31,771 bases of DNA from a virus (lineage: Duplodnaviria > Caudoviricetes), in the IMG/VR virus record IMGVR_UViG_3300049043_000038, positions 1 to 31,771 of that record, one strand, 5' to 3'. Positions 30,763-31,771 of this stretch are shown in pieces. How positions within the stretch are numbered: position 1 is the stretch's first letter; each line of letters begins with the position of its first letter. The notes under the pieces are model-generated. The model was not told the origin of the DNA. It saw only the letters and a program-made list of their open reading frames with translations, and made no database searches. A program made the position numbers and the translations under genes.

Positions 30763-31324
30763 CTACACGTTTTCTGCCTTAGAGCTTTTTGGGCGCAAGC
30801 GTTTTCGTGTCAACGACACGAACCCGTAATGCTTGGCTAGTCGGGTGCTGATCTTGTTCAGCCATTCGAGCGCCTCGCTGGGTGGCCCGCCCGACCTTCT
30901 GCGTGAACCAGCGCCCCGGCGCTTTGGCCTTGGACCGCGACCGCGTCCAGCGTGGCGACCGCGTCGGTCGATCTGGGCCAAGACCTCAATGGCGTGGTTC
31001 CGCCGGGCTTGGGCCGCAAGGCGAAGATCCGACAGCTCGCTCTCGCCGCCGTTGATCCGCCTTGCCGGTAGCCGCCGATGCAGGCTGGCATGAGGCCGGC
31101 GAGGTAGGCGTCGGCTTGCCAGCGTTGCAGGGCGTCAGCCTGGGGCTGGGTGATGTCGCCGCCGCCGCAAGCACCACCTGCGGCTGATCCTGCTCGACCC
31201 TGACACGTCGCGTATGGACCTGTCACGGGGTCTGAGGCTGCTCAAGGTGCCCAGTGGGCATGACGGCGGGCCTCGTCGGGGCCGTGGTCGGGGAGGGGCG
31301 ATGTTGTTCGGCTGTCGTTTTCAT
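30763..31324 (-). CDS. DUF6456-like putative late regulator/antiterminator
   Basis: GDITQPQADALQRWQADAYLAGL...SDLRLAAQARRNHAIEVL...LDAVAVQGQS...L..LAKHYG; lies in the Q-like position upstream of terS. Confidence 0.6.
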
Positions 31325-31571
31325 GGTTTCACCTTGAGTTCGAACCTGTTGCCGGAAATGCTGAACCCGTTGCTGGCCGAAACGCTTTTCAATTTCCTGC
31401 GCCGCAAAGCTGCTTCGAAACCGCCCAGCGTGAACATCGTTCGGGCCGTGTCGTGGCGGACCATGGCCCGATGTGCCGAAGCCAGGCTCAGCGGACACAC
31501 CGTTCCGGCGCGCTGTTCGGCCAGTCGGGGCTGTGTTCAGTCGCCACGGCGTCGGGCTTTTCGTCAGCCAT
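31321..31571 (-). CDS. Hypothetical protein (frameshifted)
   Basis: MADEKPDAV...HRAMVRHDTARTMFTLGGF...FAAQEIEKRFGQQRVQHFRQQVR; fills the gap before the next gene. Confidence 0.35.
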
Positions 31572-31771
31572 CGACCTTCACGCCGTTCGCAACCAGCCTT
31601 CAGCGTATTTAGCCAAGCGTCACCCTACCCCTGTTTTGCGTTTCCCGATCCCAGAAAACCCCGGTATTTCGCCACTGGCGAGAGGCTTGGCAAATTCTCG
31701 GAAGGTGGCTTTTAACACGCTGCCACGCCTAAAAGCCGCAGTTTTGCTCATGTTTGGGTACACGGATTCAG

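Noticed and set aside
1-31771. Widespread frameshifts suggesting pseudogenes, a decayed prophage or programmed frameshifting
   Set aside because: Indels hit essential and accessory genes alike, and a Nanopore adapter is present; sequencing error is the simplest explanation.
1-31771. CRISPR array, tRNA or rRNA genes
   Set aside because: No regularly spaced repeats or cloverleaf/rRNA signatures were recognised.

Overview
The window is an error-prone single long read (many 1-nt indels break real genes across ORF frames) and is a chimera of two unrelated phage DNAs. They are joined by an Oxford Nanopore ligation-adapter sequence at 4263-4289. Left (1-4260): a very GC-rich, actinobacterial-type temperate phage fragment. 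On the minus strand it has a minor tail protein, a Gly-rich fibre protein, its partner protein, a membrane protein, an r1t-type holin and a CHAP-like lysin. These converge on the C-terminus of a tyrosine recombinase. Right (4290-31771): the near-complete minus-strand late operon of a podovirus-like phage of a Gram-negative host, probably an alphaproteobacterium. In order: DUF6456-like regulator, late leader/terminator, Gp77-like protein, terS, terL, a sigma-region-4 HTH gene, P22-like portal, a ~5.5 kb block of fibre/appendage genes, scaffold and N4-gp56-type major capsid. Then come decoration and head-tail proteins, a gp10-like tail hub, an Asp/Asn beta-hydroxylase plus GNAT pair, three ejection proteins, an antisense membrane gene, a tail fibre, a triple-hairpin element and an M15 endolysin/holin/spanin cassette. 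The last gene is a lysis-linked ADP-ribosyltransferase-fold gene cut off at the adapter. Boundaries of frameshifted genes are approximate, and family calls come from motif recognition, not database searches.
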